Positions 38,025-44,706 of a DNA stretch of 64,000 nt are shown here, piece by piece. Made by a program: the position numbers and the translations under genes. The DNA is from Escherichia phage vB_EcoS_I14, in the sequence record PP892525.1, one strand, 5' to 3'. The number at the start of each line of letters is the position of its first letter. Position 1 is the stretch's first letter. The notes beneath the pieces are model-generated. The model was given only the letters and a program-made list of their open reading frames with translations, had not been told where the DNA came from and ran no database searches.

Positions 38025-38087
38025 AGTTATCTAATTTGGAAACATATTTAAAAGTGTTTAAACTAATATTTGAATACTTTTAAATAT

Positions 38088-38175
38088 GGGCGTTTATTCC
38101 GTAAGTGGTAGCGGAGGGGATTGTAAATCCCTGGTCATTGCGACTCGAGTGGTTCGACTCCATTAACGCCCACCA
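38088..38175 (+). tRNA. tRNA-Tyr (anticodon GTA), long variable arm
   Basis: acceptor GGGCGTT/AACGCCC, anticodon loop TTGTAAA, T loop TTCGACT, CCA. Confidence 0.8.
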
Positions 38176-38192
38176 AATTAAAGGTAAAGGAT

Positions 38193-38684
38193 ATGTATAT
38201 TGATAGGATAATTCAAGAAGCTGCAAATAGGGGTATTATACAGTTAGGTTCACCCGCTGATATAAACAAAGATCTAATATTAGAGAGCCTCACATTTGGT
38301 ACAGCTAACTTTGGTCGCGATAGTAATCGTCGGTATAGTTTGAAGTTATCTGCTCTATCTTTTATCAAGTATAACAAAAGTATTGGAGAAAAATCCAGCT
38401 GTGGTTTTATTTATGCAATAACTAACCCAGCTTGGGATAACTATGTAAAAATTGGTATGTCTTCTGATCCTAAAACAAGATTAGGAAATTACCAGACTTA
38501 CTCTCCTTTACGTGATTATAAGTTAATACATTGGTCATTTTGGTTTAATGCTAGAGAAGCTGAGAAAATGCTTCATAATAGCTTTCCCGAACGGCTTAAT
38601 GAATGGGTAGTATTAGATAGAAGTGTAGATGAAATACTTTCTGAGTTTAATAATCTATCCAATAAACAATTTAAGTCCTGTTAG
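38193..38684 (+). CDS. GIY-YIG motif protein (homing-endonuclease-like)
   Basis: CGFIYAITNPAWDNYVKIGMSS...R...Y matches the GIY-(10)-YIG pattern, unusually in the C-terminal half. Confidence 0.5.
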   Translation: MYIDRIIQEAANRGIIQLGSPADINKDLILESLTFGTANFGRDSNRRYSLKLSALSFIKYNKSIGEKSSCGFIYAITNPAWDNYVKIGMSSDPKTRLGNYQTYSPLRDYKLIHWSFWFNAREAEKMLHNSFPERLNEWVVLDRSVDEILSEFNNLSNKQFKSC

Positions 38685-38751
38685 ACAAACTGGTAAAGTC
38701 ACTACCCTTTCAAGGTAGGGTTTGTGGGTTCGATCCCCGCACAGGACGCCA
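38675..38751 (+). tRNA. tRNA-Glu (anticodon TTC)
   Basis: perfect acceptor GTCCTGT/ACAGGAC, anticodon stem CTACC/GGTAG with loop CTTTCAA, T loop TTCGATC, CCA. Confidence 0.85.
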
Positions 38752-38759
38752 ATTTCTGC

Positions 38760-38836
38760 ATTCCTAGAGTGTTACTGGACAGCATGTCGGTCTCCAAAAC
38801 CGTACGGTCTAGGTTCGAGTCCTAGTAGGTTTGCCA
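38760..38836 (+). tRNA. possible tRNA-Trp (anticodon CCA) with a mismatched acceptor stem
   Basis: anticodon loop CTCCAAA, T arm CTAGG-TTCGAGT-CCTAG, CCA; acceptor has two U-U oppositions. Confidence 0.45.
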
Positions 38837-38842
38837 AAATTT

Positions 38843-38917
38843 GCACCTTTAGCTGAGATGGATTAGCGCTTGCCTGAAGAGCTTGAGAGGTTCGTTCGAT
38901 ACGAACAGGGTGCACCA
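38843..38917 (+). tRNA. probable tRNA-Phe (anticodon GAA)
   Basis: acceptor GCACCTT/AGGGTGC, anticodon loop CTGAAGA, T arm GTTCG-TTCGATA-CGAAC, CCA; two mismatches in anticodon stem. Confidence 0.55.
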
Positions 38918-38919
38918 AA

Positions 38920-39207
38920 TTGAAGGAGCTGCTGATGCATCCTGAAAACTTCTTTATTTACTGCGCTGATAAGTCGCTAAAACGTAGAATTAACAAAGTC
39001 TATCATTATCGTGCTAGTCAACAGCCTTATGTATATGCTTTTGACGGTGATCACATTCCACTAGAACAATTATCTTGTGATTACATGATATTGAAGAACT
39101 TTGACGAGACGAAGATCTCAAGCGTTCACAATCGACAGAATCCATTAACGTGGAAATATAAGAAGAAAAAGAAAGGAATCAAATTCTTAAAAAATGTAGT
39201 TGCTTAG
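38920..39207 (+). CDS. hypothetical protein (95 aa)
   Basis: ORF. Confidence 0.45.
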   Translation: MKELLMHPENFFIYCADKSLKRRINKVYHYRASQQPYVYAFDGDHIPLEQLSCDYMILKNFDETKISSVHNRQNPLTWKYKKKKKGIKFLKNVVA

Positions 39208-39228
39208 TTTCCAAAAGTTCTGTATAAT
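39200..39228 (+). promoter_or_regulatory. T5-type promoter: -35 TTGCTT, -10 TATAAT
   Basis: 17 bp spacer. Confidence 0.65.
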
Positions 39229-39239
39229 AATTACATAAA

Positions 39240-39482
39240 TTGAACTGGAGAAGCAACATGACAGAACAAGAATTGAATGAACGTAAGCTGGTAATGCTTC
39301 GCTTACTAAATATTTTCTCTGGTATGGACGGTGGAATTGACTTTGTTCATCTACGTTCTTTCGTAGAAGAAGCCGAAGGCGAATCTATCACTAAAATCCT
39401 TAAACACATGGGATTACTTTTAGATGCTGCTAATGTGGCTACTGAATATAAACTAGAAGATCTACCGGAGCGTGTTAAATGA
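39240..39482 (+). CDS. hypothetical protein (80 aa)
   Basis: RBS GGAG. Confidence 0.5.
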   Translation: MNWRSNMTEQELNERKLVMLRLLNIFSGMDGGIDFVHLRSFVEEAEGESITKILKHMGLLLDAANVATEYKLEDLPERVK

Positions 39483-39670
39483 AACGATTAGTTAGATTTA
39501 AGTGTTGTGGTTCTGAACATATTTTCACACATCTTCGTGAATTTAAAATGTGTGATTGTGGTAAATCAGGCTATGACTCAGGAGATGGGTTCTACGCCCG
39601 TACTCTAGGGAACTTCAATGATCTAGAATTTGAAGATCTCGAAAAGCAAGATAAATCGACCGTTGGCTGA
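39479..39670 (+). CDS. hypothetical zinc-ribbon-like protein (63 aa)
   Basis: Cys pairs CCGSEH...CDCGKSG. Confidence 0.45.
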   Translation: MKRLVRFKCCGSEHIFTHLREFKMCDCGKSGYDSGDGFYARTLGNFNDLEFEDLEKQDKSTVG

Positions 39671-39732
39671 ATGGCTTAGGCGAAGGATTGCAAATCCTTT
39701 TTATGTGAGTTCAAATCTCATGCGGTCGTCCA
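39657..39732 (+). tRNA. tRNA-Cys (anticodon GCA)
   Basis: acceptor CGACCGT/GCGGTCG, anticodon stem AAGGA/TCCTT with loop TTGCAAA, T loop TTCAAAT, CCA. Confidence 0.8.
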
Positions 39733-39739
39733 AATTTTA

Positions 39740-39822
39740 GGGTCGTTAGCCAAGCGGTTTGGCGGCGGATTGTTAATCCGTGTCGAAAGACAACGTAGGT
39801 TCGAATCCTACACGGCCCGCCA
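39740..39822 (+). tRNA. tRNA with anticodon GTT on a long-variable-arm (type II) scaffold
   Basis: acceptor GGGTCGT/ACGGCCC, anticodon stem GCGGA/TCCGT with loop TTGTTAA, 13 nt variable arm GTCGAAAGACAAC, T arm GTAGG-TTCGAAT-CCTAC, CCA. Confidence 0.6.
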
Positions 39823-39924
39823 AATTCTGTGTAGAGTTAAGTAAACCGGTAGCCAACCAGCTATCATTGCTGACATCGAATTCAGCCACAGATACCATTT
39901 TCATTAATAACTGAGGAAACAAGC

Positions 39925-40110
39925 ATGTCCAAGAATGTAATTGCACAGTTAGAAGTTCATCGTGATAACACAGCTAATAACATTAAGTGCCGACAAAAAG
40001 ATATTGAAGCTCGAAAGGCTGATCTTTTAATGAGTATTCGAGAGCTTAATGTACGAAAAGAGTTTCTTAAAGAACTTAATGCAGCTATTGAAAAACTCAA
40101 AGCTGAGTAA
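39925..40110 (+). CDS. hypothetical protein (61 aa)
   Basis: RBS GAGGAAA. Confidence 0.45.
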   Translation: MSKNVIAQLEVHRDNTANNIKCRQKDIEARKADLLMSIRELNVRKEFLKELNAAIEKLKAE

Positions 40111-40119
40111 ATGAATTAT

Positions 40120-40196
40120 GCGACCGGGGCTGGCTTGGTAATGGTACTCCCCTGTCACGGGAGGGAATGTGGGTTCAAATCCCATCGGTCGCGCCA
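40120..40196 (+). tRNA. tRNA-Asp (anticodon GTC)
   Basis: perfect acceptor GCGACCG/CGGTCGC, anticodon stem CTCCC/GGGAG with loop CTGTCAC, T loop TTCAAAT, CCA. Confidence 0.85.
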
Positions 40197-40222
40197 AACT
40201 AAACTAGCACGAGAAATATGAT

Positions 40223-40570
40223 ATGGTTAATGCTAAAGAAGAATTGTTACTTGCCCTAAAGAATACTAATTCTGAAGTTAAGTGTATTAAGATAGAATTC
40301 GGTTATTATGGGGACAAAGAAGTTTGGGTATTACCCATAGGTTATACAGAAAAAGATATTGAAGATTTTCTAAATAATCTAGACTTTAAATATGATTCTG
40401 GTTTCGGTGGACAATTGCTTTATGGTAACGTATGGTTTACTGATGGAACTTGGTTAGAACGTGGTGAATACGACGGTTCTGAATGGTGGGAATATAAGGC
40501 TACACCAGCAATCCCAGAAGAATGCCGAACAATTAATGGTGAAGTAGATCGTACTTTACTATTAAATTAA
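40223..40570 (+). CDS. hypothetical protein (115 aa)
   Basis: ORF. Confidence 0.5.
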   Translation: MVNAKEELLLALKNTNSEVKCIKIEFGYYGDKEVWVLPIGYTEKDIEDFLNNLDFKYDSGFGGQLLYGNVWFTDGTWLERGEYDGSEWWEYKATPAIPEECRTINGEVDRTLLLN

Positions 40571-40692
40571 CAAAATTTCAGTGCAGAACACGGAGCTAGC
40601 AATTCGGAAGTGCTGACTCATGATAAGCTGCCTATGTACTTGCGAAGCGGTCGTGTCCAAGACTCGGACTCTTGCACTGAAAACAATCAAAC

Positions 40693-40813
40693 ATTCTAGC
40701 GTGGTTGATGGGGAAACCAGCTTGGCTAGGGCAGAAGCTCGTTCGATTCGAGTGAAAGAATGGTTCTCGTAAGTCCGCACAAGTGATAGCAGGTTCGAGT
40801 CCTGTCTAGAATG
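40693..40813 (+). ncRNA. candidate tRNA-like RNA of about 121 nt with an enlarged central region
   Basis: 7 bp acceptor-like helix ATTCTAG/CTAGAAT, D-arm-like TGGTT...AACCA, canonical T arm GCAGG-TTCGAGT-CCTGT, but about 68 nt where an anticodon arm should be. Confidence 0.35.
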
Positions 40814-40962
40814 ACACTATAAAGTTTACTTATTATGTAGGTTCCGATAGATCGGCGGGTCTATTCTGGCATTTAAGAGAAGTCTCGCAAACTTTTTTGT
40901 CAGCCGTGGGGTTGGTAGCCTCCAGGTGGCCTACACAATAAGTAAATTTATTAAAAATTCAT

Positions 40963-40991
40963 TTGCTATTCTGCTTTATTATCTGTATAAT
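40963..40991 (+). promoter_or_regulatory. T5-type promoter: -35 TTGCTA, -10 TATAAT
   Basis: 17 bp spacer. Confidence 0.7.
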
Positions 40992-41023
40992 ATATTTTAT
41001 AAAGTGAAGAGAAGGAAAGCAAA

Positions 41024-41182
41024 ATGAAACACAAGATAGCTCAAGTCTTTATGGCATTATGGTGTATGCCAATAGCTATAACAGCATTTAATCTAGATAC
41101 TTTTACTATAGAAGAAAAATATATCGGATTAGTTAGCGGCTTTAGTATGCTGGGCTTATCTTTGCTGTGGTTAAAGAAATAA
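41024..41182 (+). CDS. hypothetical small membrane protein (52 aa), below the ORF-track cutoff
   Basis: ATG at 41024 after RBS AAGGAAAG; hydrophobic. Confidence 0.4.
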   Translation: MKHKIAQVFMALWCMPIAITAFNLDTFTIEEKYIGLVSGFSMLGLSLLWLKK

Positions 41183-41186
41183 TATT

Positions 41187-41264
41187 CTCCGTGTAGCTCA
41201 GTTTGGCCAGAGCGTTTCGTCTGGAGCGATAGGGTCGGGGGTTCAAATCCTCCCACGGAGACCA
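41187..41264 (+). tRNA. possible tRNA-Pro (anticodon TGG), atypical anticodon loop
   Basis: acceptor CTCCGTG/CACGGAG, D stem GCTC/GAGC, loop TCTGGAG with C at position 33, T arm GGGGG-TTCAAAT-CCTCC, CCA. Confidence 0.5.
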
Positions 41265-41270
41265 AATAAT

Positions 41271-41348
41271 TGCGGGTTAGATCTCTGGTAGAGATCGCTA
41301 GTCTCATAAGCTAGAAAGAGGTAGGTTCGATTCCTGCACCCGCTTCCA
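41271..41348 (+). tRNA. tRNA with anticodon CAT (Met, fMet or Ile-lysidine)
   Basis: anticodon stem CTAGT/GCTAG with loop CTCATAA, D stem GATC/GATC, T loop TTCGATT, CCA; position 1-72 mispaired. Confidence 0.65.
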
Positions 41349-41368
41349 TTTTAATAGAGGATTTCGAA

Positions 41369-41536
41369 ATGAAAGTATTTCGATTAGTAGTAAGTGACAA
41401 ACGCTTAGGTAAGAATACATCAAAATCCTTACTTGCTCATTATGGTAGAAATTGGGATGAAGTAATGGCAGAGTTTAGTACTAATCACCCTTACTTGAAA
41501 GTTCACTCTATTAAAGAAGTATACAATGGTTACTAA
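41369..41536 (+). CDS. hypothetical small protein (55 aa), below the ORF-track cutoff
   Basis: ATG at 41369; ends 2 nt before tRNA-Lys. Confidence 0.4.
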   Translation: MKVFRLVVSDKRLGKNTSKSLLAHYGRNWDEVMAEFSTNHPYLKVHSIKEVYNGY

Positions 41537-41537
41537 T

Positions 41538-41616
41538 AGATCGCTAGCTCAATAGGTTTAGTAGCATCCGACTTTTAATCGGAAGGTTCTGGGTTCGAGT
41601 CCCAGGCGATCTACCA
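41538..41616 (+). tRNA. tRNA-Lys (anticodon TTT)
   Basis: perfect acceptor AGATCGC/GCGATCT, anticodon stem TCCGA/TCGGA with loop CTTTTAA, T arm CTGGG-TTCGAGT-CCCAG, CCA. Confidence 0.85.
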
Positions 41617-41620
41617 AATT

Positions 41621-41694
41621 GCTCGGTTAGTTTAATGGGAGAACCCCGTCTTTACACGGCGGTTGCGATAGTTCGATTCTATCACCGAGTACCA
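41621..41694 (+). tRNA. tRNA-Val (anticodon TAC)
   Basis: acceptor GCTCGGT/ACCGAGT, anticodon loop TTTACAC, T arm GATAG-TTCGATT-CTATC, CCA. Confidence 0.8.
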
Positions 41695-41713
41695 ATTAAC
41701 TCAAAATAAGGAA

Positions 41714-42073
41714 TTGCAAATGCAATTATCAAGCAAGGTTCAAGGCTATTTCGGTCATGTAACAATGGAGTTCGCTATCTCTAAAGGTTGGGACTTCGAA
41801 CAAGATTTAGCTGAGTTCTACAAAGATATTGATCTGAACGTACCATATATGGGACTTTCTACTGGTCAGGAGATCACAGAAGCCGATGTATTCAAGGCAA
41901 GTCAAGGTGAGGTAACACCTAGTTTTGCCGAGTTCTGGTTAGGCATTACGTTAAAAGAAGATGCACCAGATAGTGGTGTACTAATGTCTAGTTTGCACTC
42001 TGGAAGTTCCGATTACCTTTTCATTAGCGATGTTAAGGAAATACAAGAAGTCTGCAAAAATGTACTTGCTTGA
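41714..42073 (+). CDS. hypothetical protein (119 aa)
   Basis: RBS AAGGAA; 3' end overlaps next promoter. Confidence 0.5.
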   Translation: MQMQLSSKVQGYFGHVTMEFAISKGWDFEQDLAEFYKDIDLNVPYMGLSTGQEITEADVFKASQGEVTPSFAEFWLGITLKEDAPDSGVLMSSLHSGSSDYLFISDVKEIQEVCKNVLA

Positions 42074-42094
42074 TGCTTAATTTCTTGTTATAAT
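42066..42094 (+). promoter_or_regulatory. T5-type promoter: -35 TTGCTT, -10 TATAAT, driving a non-coding transcript
   Basis: 17 bp spacer; no ORF follows, only a structured region and then tRNA-Ala. Confidence 0.65.
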
Positions 42095-42120
42095 ATTTAT
42101 ATAAATTGATGAGGATTTCT

Positions 42121-42310
42121 CCTCATCATAGTTCACTAAGGTATTAGCTCGACCTAGGACTGGCTGCCAAAAAGCACGATCCCTACGATTCGGGAGAAGT
42201 TCTAGATTAGTCCACTAGATTCAGCGGCAACTGAATAGTGTATTGGGTTTGCGAGATGACGCGGTTCCTTCCGCTCGAAGCGAAGGTGCTGTAGTTACGC
42301 CGAGCTAATA
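42121..42310 (+). ncRNA. candidate structured small RNA of about 190 nt
   Basis: terminal clamp ATTAGCTCG (42143-42151) pairing with CGAGCTAAT (42301-42309); internal hairpins GCGGTTCCTTCCGC and CTTCGC/GCGAAG; no ORF. Confidence 0.4.
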
Positions 42311-42332
42311 GCCTTAGTAAACTAAAGAATTT

Positions 42333-42406
42333 GGGGATATAGTTTAATGGTAGAACATCTGCTTTGCACGCAGAAGACGAGGGTTCAACTCCCTCTTTCT
42401 CCACCA
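42333..42406 (+). tRNA. tRNA-Ala (anticodon TGC)
   Basis: anticodon stem TCTGC/GCAGA with loop TTTGCAC, T arm GAGGG-TTCAACT-CCCTC, CCA; one U-U in acceptor. Confidence 0.7.
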
Positions 42407-42412
42407 AAATTC

Positions 42413-42497
42413 GGGGCTATGCTGGAACTGGTAGACAATACGGCCTTAGATTCCGTAGCTTAAATGCGTGGGAGTTCGAGTCTCCCTAGCCCCACCA
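42413..42497 (+). tRNA. tRNA-Leu (anticodon TAG), long variable arm
   Basis: perfect acceptor GGGGCTA/TAGCCCC, anticodon loop CTTAGAT, T arm GGGAG-TTCGAGT-CTCCC, CCA. Confidence 0.75.
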
Positions 42498-42513
42498 ACT
42501 TATAGGGTAATGT

Positions 42514-43098
42514 ATGCAGTTTGTACCAATAAAAGATGCACCAGGGTATTTAGTAAATGAAACAGGGGATGTGTTATCTACATTTACTAATAAAATTTTA
42601 TCAAGATATATAGTTGATGGATACCCTGCTGTAAAATTACAGATAAATGGTAAGCAAACTTCGGTACTTATACACCGAATTATTTCTCATGTATTTGGGG
42701 ACTTATATAATCTATTTGACCCTGAATTAGAAGTAGATCACAAGGATAGAGATAGGCTGAATCTATCTAAAGATAATCTTCAAGTTTTATCAAAAATAGA
42801 ACATCAGAAGAAAACTAATAAAGATAATGGATGGTCTGATAGTAGAGTACCTTGCCCCTTATGTGGAAATCTAATGCTTCAGAGATCAGTAACATGTACA
42901 AATTGTAAGCCAAAACCTACAGGAAAGTTAATAAAACCAGAGTTGTCCTTAGAAGACATAACTGAAAAGGTTTTATTAATGGGGTGGGTTAAGGCAGCTA
43001 AAGATCTAGAAGTATCAGAGTCCACTTTACGTAGACGATATACTAAACTAACCGGATTAAGCCCAAAAGTATTAACAGAACAACGGAAAAGCAAATAG
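42514..43098 (+). CDS. HNH homing endonuclease-like protein
   Basis: HNH motif in VDHKDRDRLNLSKDNLQVLSKIEHQ plus C-terminal Cys cluster; embedded in tRNA array. Confidence 0.7.
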   Translation: MQFVPIKDAPGYLVNETGDVLSTFTNKILSRYIVDGYPAVKLQINGKQTSVLIHRIISHVFGDLYNLFDPELEVDHKDRDRLNLSKDNLQVLSKIEHQKKTNKDNGWSDSRVPCPLCGNLMLQRSVTCTNCKPKPTGKLIKPELSLEDITEKVLLMGWVKAAKDLEVSESTLRRRYTKLTGLSPKVLTEQRKSK

Positions 43099-43178
43099 AC
43101 TGGTGACTAAACCCGATTGGAAATCGGTTGAGTGGTAGCAATACCGCCTTATGGGTTCAACTCCCATCTTTTCCGCCA
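43085..43178 (+). tRNA. tRNA-Ser (anticodon GGA), long variable arm
   Basis: perfect acceptor GGAAAAG/CTTTTCC, anticodon loop TTGGAAA, T arm ATGGG-TTCAACT-CCCAT, CCA. Confidence 0.8.
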
Positions 43179-43190
43179 AACAATTTATAT

Positions 43191-43285
43191 GGTAGGTCAA
43201 TCCAACGGCTGGCGCTGGACTCCGACTTGAAATCGGTTGATCGTAGTGATACGGTGTAAGGGTTCGATCCCCTTACCTACCTCCA
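43191..43285 (+). tRNA. tRNA-Ser (anticodon TGA), long variable arm
   Basis: perfect acceptor GGTAGGT/ACCTACC, anticodon loop CTTGAAA, T arm AAGGG-TTCGATC-CCCTT, CCA. Confidence 0.8.
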
Positions 43286-43651
43286 AATCTTGAAGTATGC
43301 CGGAATCGGTAGACGGGGCTGCCTAAAAGGTTTATAGGGAACATCCACTCCCTGCAACATACCTCATAAAGCGGCTGAGATAAATGGTCTATCTCGTGAA
43401 GGTTCAAGTCCTTCTGCTTCTTGATACATCTATGGCTCAAAGTGTAACGGTGCTATTTGATGCTCTTGGTAAGACTTCCCCGACATGCGTTCGGGAGTAA
43501 GCTGCTAAGGCTAGGGTAGAAGAGTTTCTGAGAGCCGCCACAATTGAAAATTCGTACTCGTCTTGAGCTGCGTGCAATAGGAGATAACTTGATTAGTATT
43601 CTAGAACATGCTAATTGAGGAAGGTTTCGCTAACCCTGCGAGTTTTCAATT

Positions 43652-43728
43652 GTGGCTATATCATAATTGGTTAATGATCCTGATTGTGAATCAGGCCTAT
43701 GTGGATTCGAATTCCACTAGCCACCCCA
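43652..43728 (+). tRNA. tRNA-His (anticodon GTG)
   Basis: perfect acceptor GTGGCTA/TAGCCAC, anticodon stem CCTGA/TCAGG with loop TTGTGAA, T arm GTGGA-TTCGAAT-TCCAC, CCA. Confidence 0.85.
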
Positions 43729-43752
43729 AATTAACTTAAATAGGAAATAAAT

Positions 43753-43947
43753 ATGGCTGATTTCTGCAAACAATGCTCCATTGATATGTGGGGCAGAGAT
43801 ACTGGTGATCTTTCTGGTTTGATTACAGAAGCTGAAGTTAAAGAAGGCTACGGTGCTGTTGTGGTTTGCGAAGGATGCGGAGTTATTCGAGTAGATCATG
43901 AAGGCAAACGTTTGGAAGAATCTGAGCCAACAACGATTTTTCCGTAG
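43753..43947 (+). CDS. hypothetical zinc-ribbon protein (64 aa)
   Basis: CKQC...CEGCG Cys pairs; RBS TAGGAAA. Confidence 0.5.
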   Translation: MADFCKQCSIDMWGRDTGDLSGLITEAEVKEGYGAVVVCEGCGVIRVDHEGKRLEESEPTTIFP

Positions 43948-43963
43948 AATAAGATGAAATTAT

Positions 43964-44039
43964 TGGGATGTAGATCAATTGGCAGATCGTCGGTTTCTGA
44001 CATCGAAGGTTCCACGTTCGATCCGTGGCATCCCAGCCA
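43964..44039 (+). tRNA. tRNA-Gln (anticodon CTG)
   Basis: perfect acceptor TGGGATG/CATCCCA (U1-A72), anticodon loop TTCTGAC, T arm CCACG-TTCGATC-CGTGG, CCA. Confidence 0.8.
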
Positions 44040-44045
44040 AACAAT

Positions 44046-44120
44046 TGGAAAGTAGTGTAATGGTTAGCACTGGAGATTTTGAATCTCTTAGTTAGGGTTC
44101 GAATCCCTACTTTCCTGCCA
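44046..44120 (+). tRNA. tRNA-Gln (anticodon TTG)
   Basis: anticodon stem GGAGA/TCTCT with loop TTTTGAA, T arm TAGGG-TTCGAAT-CCCTA, CCA; position 1-72 is U-U. Confidence 0.7.
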
Positions 44121-44126
44121 ATTTAC

Positions 44127-44201
44127 GCGTGATTAGTTCAGTGGCTAGAATAACTGGCTTCCAACCAGTAGACACGAGTTCGACTCTCGTATCCCGCACC
44201 A
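44127..44201 (+). tRNA. tRNA-Gly (anticodon TCC)
   Basis: anticodon stem ACTGG/CCAGT with loop CTTCCAA, T arm ACGAG-TTCGACT-CTCGT, CCA. Confidence 0.75.
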
Positions 44202-44218
44202 ATTTTTAAGGAAACGTT

Positions 44219-44440
44219 ATGCACGTTTTTGAATTTCGTAATAAAAGTACCGATAAACGAGTTATTGTTATTGGAGAAACATACCGAGCATACGAACAAA
44301 CTGACGGCTCTGTTATCTTGAATGACGAGAAAGGAGGTTTTAGCTTTTATCCCAAAGAAACTTACGAAGAATTTCGTACAAAGTTTCTTCTACCAGACTG
44401 GCTAGAAGTAGCGCAGCAACGAGAACCCGAAGATGGCTGA
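44219..44440 (+). CDS. hypothetical protein (73 aa)
   Basis: RBS AAGGAAA. Confidence 0.5.
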   Translation: MHVFEFRNKSTDKRVIVIGETYRAYEQTDGSVILNDEKGGFSFYPKETYEEFRTKFLLPDWLEVAQQREPEDG

Positions 44441-44597
44441 TAACCTAAAAGTCAAGATCGATAAACAAAAGAAACGTGTAGAAGTAGAGATTGGTGAAGA
44501 ACGTGTAGCCTTCACCTTTGAATTTCTACAACAAATGGCAATGACAGTTATGACTGATAAGTCTCCTGTTATTGAAAAAGAAATCCCGTTAAAATAA
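44433..44597 (+). CDS. hypothetical small protein (54 aa), below the ORF-track cutoff
   Basis: ATG at 44433 overlapping previous stop; stop codon sits inside palindrome ATCCCGTT-AAAA-TAACGGGAT. Confidence 0.4.
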   Translation: MADNLKVKIDKQKKRVEVEIGEERVAFTFEFLQQMAMTVMTDKSPVIEKEIPLK

Positions 44598-44605
44598 CGG
44601 GATCT

Positions 44606-44692
44606 GCTGGGTTGGCAGAATGGTTGAATGCACCTGATTTGTAATCAGGAGGAGTAATCCCGTTGCAGGTTCGAATCCTGTGCCCAGCACCA
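44606..44692 (+). tRNA. tRNA-Thr (anticodon TGT) with a 15 nt variable region
   Basis: acceptor GCTGGGT/GCCCAGC, anticodon stem CCTGA/TCAGG with loop TTTGTAA, T loop TTCGAAT, CCA; variable region AGGAG plus TAATCCCGTT. Confidence 0.6.
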
Positions 44693-44706
44693 ACTTAAGG
44701 ACTAGT

